From Nemertoderma westbladi (Eukaryota > Animalia > Xenacoelomorpha): a stretch of DNA of 48,307 bases. Location of the stretch: the NCBI GenBank assembly GCA_032718475.1, contig JAUCBJ010002331.1, positions 1 through 48,307 on the forward strand, written 5' to 3'. The notes below the pieces were generated by a model. It did no database searches, was not told the origin of the DNA, and worked only from the letters and a program-made list of their open reading frames with translations. Positions 43,525 to 48,307 of this stretch are shown in pieces (position 1 is the stretch's first letter; each line of letters opens with the position of its first letter). The position numbers and the translations under genes were made by a program.

Positions 43525-44005
43525 TTAAATGTGTTTAGGTGGTTCGTTGTCTTGTCTCTTGAGGTCGTAACTACGGATGAAATATACTTTTCCGAAAATT
43601 TTCGGAAAATTCCATGAAAAACATACTTCAAGAAAACTCACATCCCTATATATTAGACGGGTAATTAGAAATTTGAAGCATGTTCCTGTTTATATCAGTA
43701 TAAAATTAGTGATAAATAAAATGCAAAAATCGAAAGTGAAAGAAATATAATTTCATAGGCTTCAAAAATATAAACTATTTTTCACACTAACTTTTTGTTT
43801 ATGTTTTTCATATATTTTGGGAAAAATAAATGACAAAATTCAAAATTCCCATGTTCTAGTTCAGTTCGGTTACGGTTCGGCTCCTCTATAGTTCGGTCAA
43901 TCCCTATAGTTGTGGGATCGCGGAGGGGGGCCACCTGTTGTGGGGGGCCTGCCCCCACTACCCCCCCCCCCCCCCCCCTAAATACGGCCCTGCAAGAACG
44001 TCCAA

Positions 44006-44960
44006 TTACTCTATAAAAAGGACAGTAACGGGTTCAAAATCTAGATCCAGTTTAACTCTCAGCTTTAAATAAGTTTTACATACAATATATATATCATTAA
44101 TCCTGAGTAGTACTTTGGATGGTTCCACCTTGGTGTTATGGATGCATTGCACTGTGTCATGTGTGTTGTATAGCTCTATTGTTAATTCATCCAATCCTCG
44201 TAAGATTCGATCATCAAAAAAGCACCCGAATTTGTTAGTGAAATTTGATGTCAAACTTATTTAAATGGTTTACTTTCTAAAATTCCTATATTTTCATATC
44301 TGAACGAATTCATACATGAGCGAAATAATTCGGCAAAACGAAGTCGTGTTTGTATATGGCGCTAGTTTGCAGGAGATGTTTGAAGACATCAATCAAACAA
44401 TGATGAATTGACCAATAGAGAGCAGTGCTTGTGTCATATGTCAACTGCCGGACTCTGGCTCCTCTGCGAAATTCATATTCCATCCACAGAACCAAATTTG
44501 CAAAGTTCTGCAGATACTTAAACCTGGTATCATCAACAGATCGGAAGGGGGCCCGGTCGGAATCACGAGATCGAATATCTCCAAAGGTAGTCTGGACGTT
44601 GATTATTTTCCAGAACTTTATGACTATGCACAAAAATAAAGCTGTTTTCTGCTTACTCGCTGATGTTATCTGTGAGGTTTCTAGAGCCGCTATAGTTTCG
44701 TCACAAAATACTTGTATAGCAAGCTTTACATTTTGCTTCTCAATACTTGATGGATGTACTAATTTCTCAGTCAGCTTGGAGAGTTTGACAACCAATGACT
44801 TCTCGTGGTTAAAAAGATTATGTAAATCGGCACATTTGGCAATAAGTATCACTCTGTACCCAGTTTCAGTGCAATTTATAATATTGTAAAACTGAAGTTG
44901 TTGAGTCGATTCCGTTTCAAAATTATTGCATATACACAATAGCGTATTTACTCTGGCCAG
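44006..44960 (-). pseudogene. P-element-family transposase fragment
   Basis: EKSLVVKLSKLTEKLVHPSSIEKQNVKLAIQVFCDETIAAL..FWKIINV, collinear with the central part of the 45329-47786 protein. Confidence 0.8.
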
Positions 44961-45328
44961 GCAAAGGCACACAACCTCTGATATCGTGGGAGGGTCACTC
45001 ATATGTTAGTTAGTTTAGAGTTTTTTTTACAATTTACTCAAATTTTAAGACATACAATGCATTGTGTCTAACAGTGTGGGACTGTGGGGCGAGCCACGAA
45101 GTAAGTCATCGAGTTGTCTGTCGTCGTTGTTGTCCGTAACAATTTTGATCGCTAATTTCTCAGCCACTTTCAATACAAATGAAACAAATCAAACTAGAGA
45201 AAATGTTAGGATCGAATATGAATTATGGTGAATAATGAAATGAAAATGAATAATGAAAATTATTATTATTATATTATTATTATTATTAGCACAATTATTA
45301 TGTGGTATTATCTAATAGACTATAATAC

Positions 45329-47786
45329 TTATTTGTGATATTTGGCAGCATATTTCTTCTTTGATGCAGTAGAGCCTACAATTTCAGTTTTCCGTTTGGC
45401 AAAATTGTTCATAAGAATGTTGGACACACGTCGGAAGTCTTTATCCTCGAGACGAATATAAGAAAAACCGTGACTAAGTAGCTTAAAGGCTTTACCCAGC
45501 TGTGCAAGACAATACAGAGATGGGTCGGTTACAGTAAAAAATACTACGCAACAAGATATAAACTGCACTAAACTTTCTGCCGGAATACAGAGGCTTCCTC
45601 GGGAAACTAACTTTGTATAAGCTACCCACTCGAGAGGACATTCGGGGCTATCGGGCATCTCTATAGAACGACCATCTTTAAGGGCTTTATGGAGCAGGTA
45701 ACCTCCAATATAAACTACGACACTTCGAGTTGTTGGGGGAACATCTCCAGTAGTAACTGAGTCATACGCAAAGTCTATTTCAGATAAAGCTTCTTCAGTT
45801 AGTTCACAATCGCATTTCGAACAGGAATGGCATATAGGGATGTCGCATAAGGAAGAAATAGACACTCCGGCATGGAAAGCATGTTTCGCTAACATTAGCC
45901 TCATAGTATTATAAAGCATCTCGTGGGTAACGTAATAAGAAGCTGCATTTCTTTGACGGACTTCACTGAACAATTTTTCAATATCATTGGAGGAATAGCG
46001 GCTTGGCAGAAAATATGAATACTCAGGAGAGAGGAGGAGTCGAGTTGACAAAGTTTTCAGGCCACGTGTTAATCGAAGCAATCCTTTCTTTGTATCGGAA
46101 GAAAGGCTCGATGTTTGCATGGCTGATGCAAAATCAATTACCCAGTTAAGTTCCTCTGGGTCAGTTATCCGCTCATCAGAGAGAGTTCGCCAGAAACGGA
46201 TAACAAGTCGAATCAGAGTGGCCGTGGGAGGATGTCGGGTTTCAACAGCTGCGGCTGTTTTATCATTCCACAATTGGAGAGCCAGTGGAACACTTTGTTT
46301 TCCATAATTATCCAATTCAACGGAATTTTTTGTAAGAGCCGATTGACGCAGAAGTTTGCTTTCCTCCTCGACCTGTAGATTGATAATAACATTCCAATCT
46401 GCTATAAGCACTTCGTTCGTATCTGGATTGGTGAATTCAAATTTACACTTCGAAAAGAAGTTATTTCGAATAGACTTAATTATATGCACGAAATCGCACA
46501 GTGCAATTCCTCCCCTGCCACTAATAATGTCCAAGAAAGACTGATTGACCTGGCAGTTGTCAGTTACAACAGCAATAACTTCACAACCAACATCAACGAT
46601 AGCTGTAGTAATATCATCATGGAATGAAAGCAGTTCATCGGATGTAAGAGATGCGGCAGGGAGGAACTTAATAGGAATACGCGGGCCACCGAACTCGAAC
46701 TTCAGCAGGGCACCCAATGCAGTCTTAGCCACCTTTCCATTATTTGTGAGGCCATAAAAGTTTCCACCGCGATACTGAATTCCAGGTTTTAAATATATTT
46801 CATCATACTGGATTACAAGTAGCCTTTGTCGTTGTTCTAATGATGAAACAATTGAACGTAGAAAATCTCTATCAGTCTGTGAAATAACAGCAGACATGAT
46901 CGTACGCATTAGACGAGGCGAAGGCAAAGACATCTCAGATCGTAAAAATAAATAAGCTGAACGCGAACGGGAGAGAAGATCCAGGGCAAATACTATGTCG
47001 TGATCAGTATAACGCCGACCAACCTTCTTCTGGCGGAGTTTTCGTTCAATAATTTGCAGAGGCAGTTGGCTCTTGGAAAATTCTCCATGCATCATGTCGA
47101 GGAGGCCTGTTAATTCTGACCATTTTGTGAGGTTTCGCCCGCGACGAAATACAGTCTGATTAGTCATATAGAAGGGATCTCCTCCTATAAACGCATCCTT
47201 GACAAGAAGGGAATTATGGGATGTATCTTTCTCCACTACGAGTGTTACATTAGCAAGCGGGCCGGTAGTTTCTACAGACAATATTCTAGCTTGTGTTGGA
47301 GAAACTTCTACTACAACATTTTGTGGAGAAACTCTCTCTTTCAGCATTGCAGAAAAGGTGCCGGTAATAGGATCCAGGTTTATAGTATCCCTTTTTAGAA
47401 ACTCTTCCATGGAATCTACTTCAACACGGCGGTTCTGTGCAGATATCTTACCTGCATGGACACGCTTTGGTGGTGCTGGTGATGGTGCAGATGAGTGCGG
47501 AATATTATGAAAAATGGATGGTGGACAAGTTGCTTGTTTGGATCCACGGGGCCCGATCTTAAAGGAATCCATGGGAAAATGTTTTTCACATATTGTATGG
47601 CAAGTTTTGGGCTGCCAGCCAATTGGAAGTTTTGTTGGGGAGGGACCGGATCCAAGCGTTTCTCTCCTCGGGATCGGAAGGAAATCGAAACCTGGCAAGG
47701 TGAGGATCTATAGTGCCAGTTGTTTTCCGGCATTTTCTAATAAGATAACCGGTGCGACAGCCATATACCATGCAAGTATTTACCAT
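45329..47786 (-). CDS. THAP-domain P-element-family transposase with a single +1 frameshift in the THAP domain
   Basis: MVNTCMVYGC..FRFP..W..SLPNK / LPIGW..ICEKHF..PSIF. Catalytic motifs QYDE, VTDN, DFVHIIKSIRNN, DIEKLFSEVRQ. Extra base in the run at 47630-47633. Confidence 0.9.
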
Positions 47787-47865
47787 TGTTAAGTTTTTAC
47801 ATTTCCGAGATTAGTTCGTTATAATTGAATATGATTCGTTATAATCGTTATATGGATTAATCTAC

Positions 47866-48183
47866 TGTACACAATATAGCCTACGTACTTTGTACCAGTA
47901 GGCTACTTTTGTATACAGGAAAACAATAACAAAATTAAAATGTGGGGAGGAAACTACCGAACTACAAAAGTGCCAAAATATAATTAGGCTTAGTTTAATT
48001 GAACACATAGCGCCGAATGCTGTACACAATATAGCCTATGTACATTGTACCAGTACTGCAGTAGGCTACTTTTGTATACAGGAAAACAATGACACAATTA
48101 AAATGTGGGGAGGAAACTACTGAACTACAAAAGTGCAAAAATATAATTAGGCTTAGTTTAATTGAATACATAGCGCGGAATGC
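47866..48183. repeat. Tandem duplication (155 and 163 bp) upstream of the transposase
   Basis: TGTACACAATATAGCCTA...CATAGCGC(C/G)GAATGC at 47866-48020 and 48021-48183. Confidence 0.92.
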
Positions 48184-48307
48184 CGTCCAAATGACCCGCA
48201 ACTGATCGGCTATAGCCTACCAGTATACGCGGTGTCCCGACTGAGCTGTCCGCCGTGCCCTGGTTCGTCGGCCTCGTCGACGAGTGGCGTCGCCATAGGC
48301 TGGTGCG

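Larger units (their letters stand above)
27823..43992. mobile_element. Candidate hAT-like MITE hosting the PLE, BEL element 2 and a piggyBac-like insertion
   Basis: CAGGCCCGGATTTAG and CTAAATACGGCCCTG are inverted termini (13/15 match). 8-bp flanks CACCAACG vs CAAGAACG (6/8). Confidence 0.45.

Overview
Eukaryotic (probably invertebrate animal), AT-rich DNA made almost entirely of nested transposable elements. No host gene, tRNA/rRNA gene or CRISPR array is supportable. In order: an old BEL/Pao gag-pol remnant (1-5832) interrupted by a solo LTR and an internally deleted Penelope-like element (PLE). A young BEL/Pao LTR element (6759-17170, minus, 956-bp LTRs, TSD GGAAG) sits inside a Gypsy-like remnant. 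Then a 5'-truncated RTE LINE, a minisatellite, several MITEs and LINE fragments. A second PLE with hammerhead ribozymes is split by a second young BEL/Pao-type element (29449-41395, plus, 1246-bp LTRs, TSD ACTCC). The window ends with P-element/THAP transposase genes. Most notable: neither complete BEL/Pao element has a tRNA primer-binding site. In each, the sequence directly after the 5' LTR is a perfect 13-16 nt complement of a segment in its own LTR near the likely transcription start, which is Tf1-like self-priming architecture. Element 1 also has a UGA-CUAG readthrough-type gag-pol junction. Element 2 is a Gag-protease-only element with an unrecognised zinc-knuckle accessory ORF preceded by structured RNA motifs. 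All calls are by eye; no database searches or folding computations were run.
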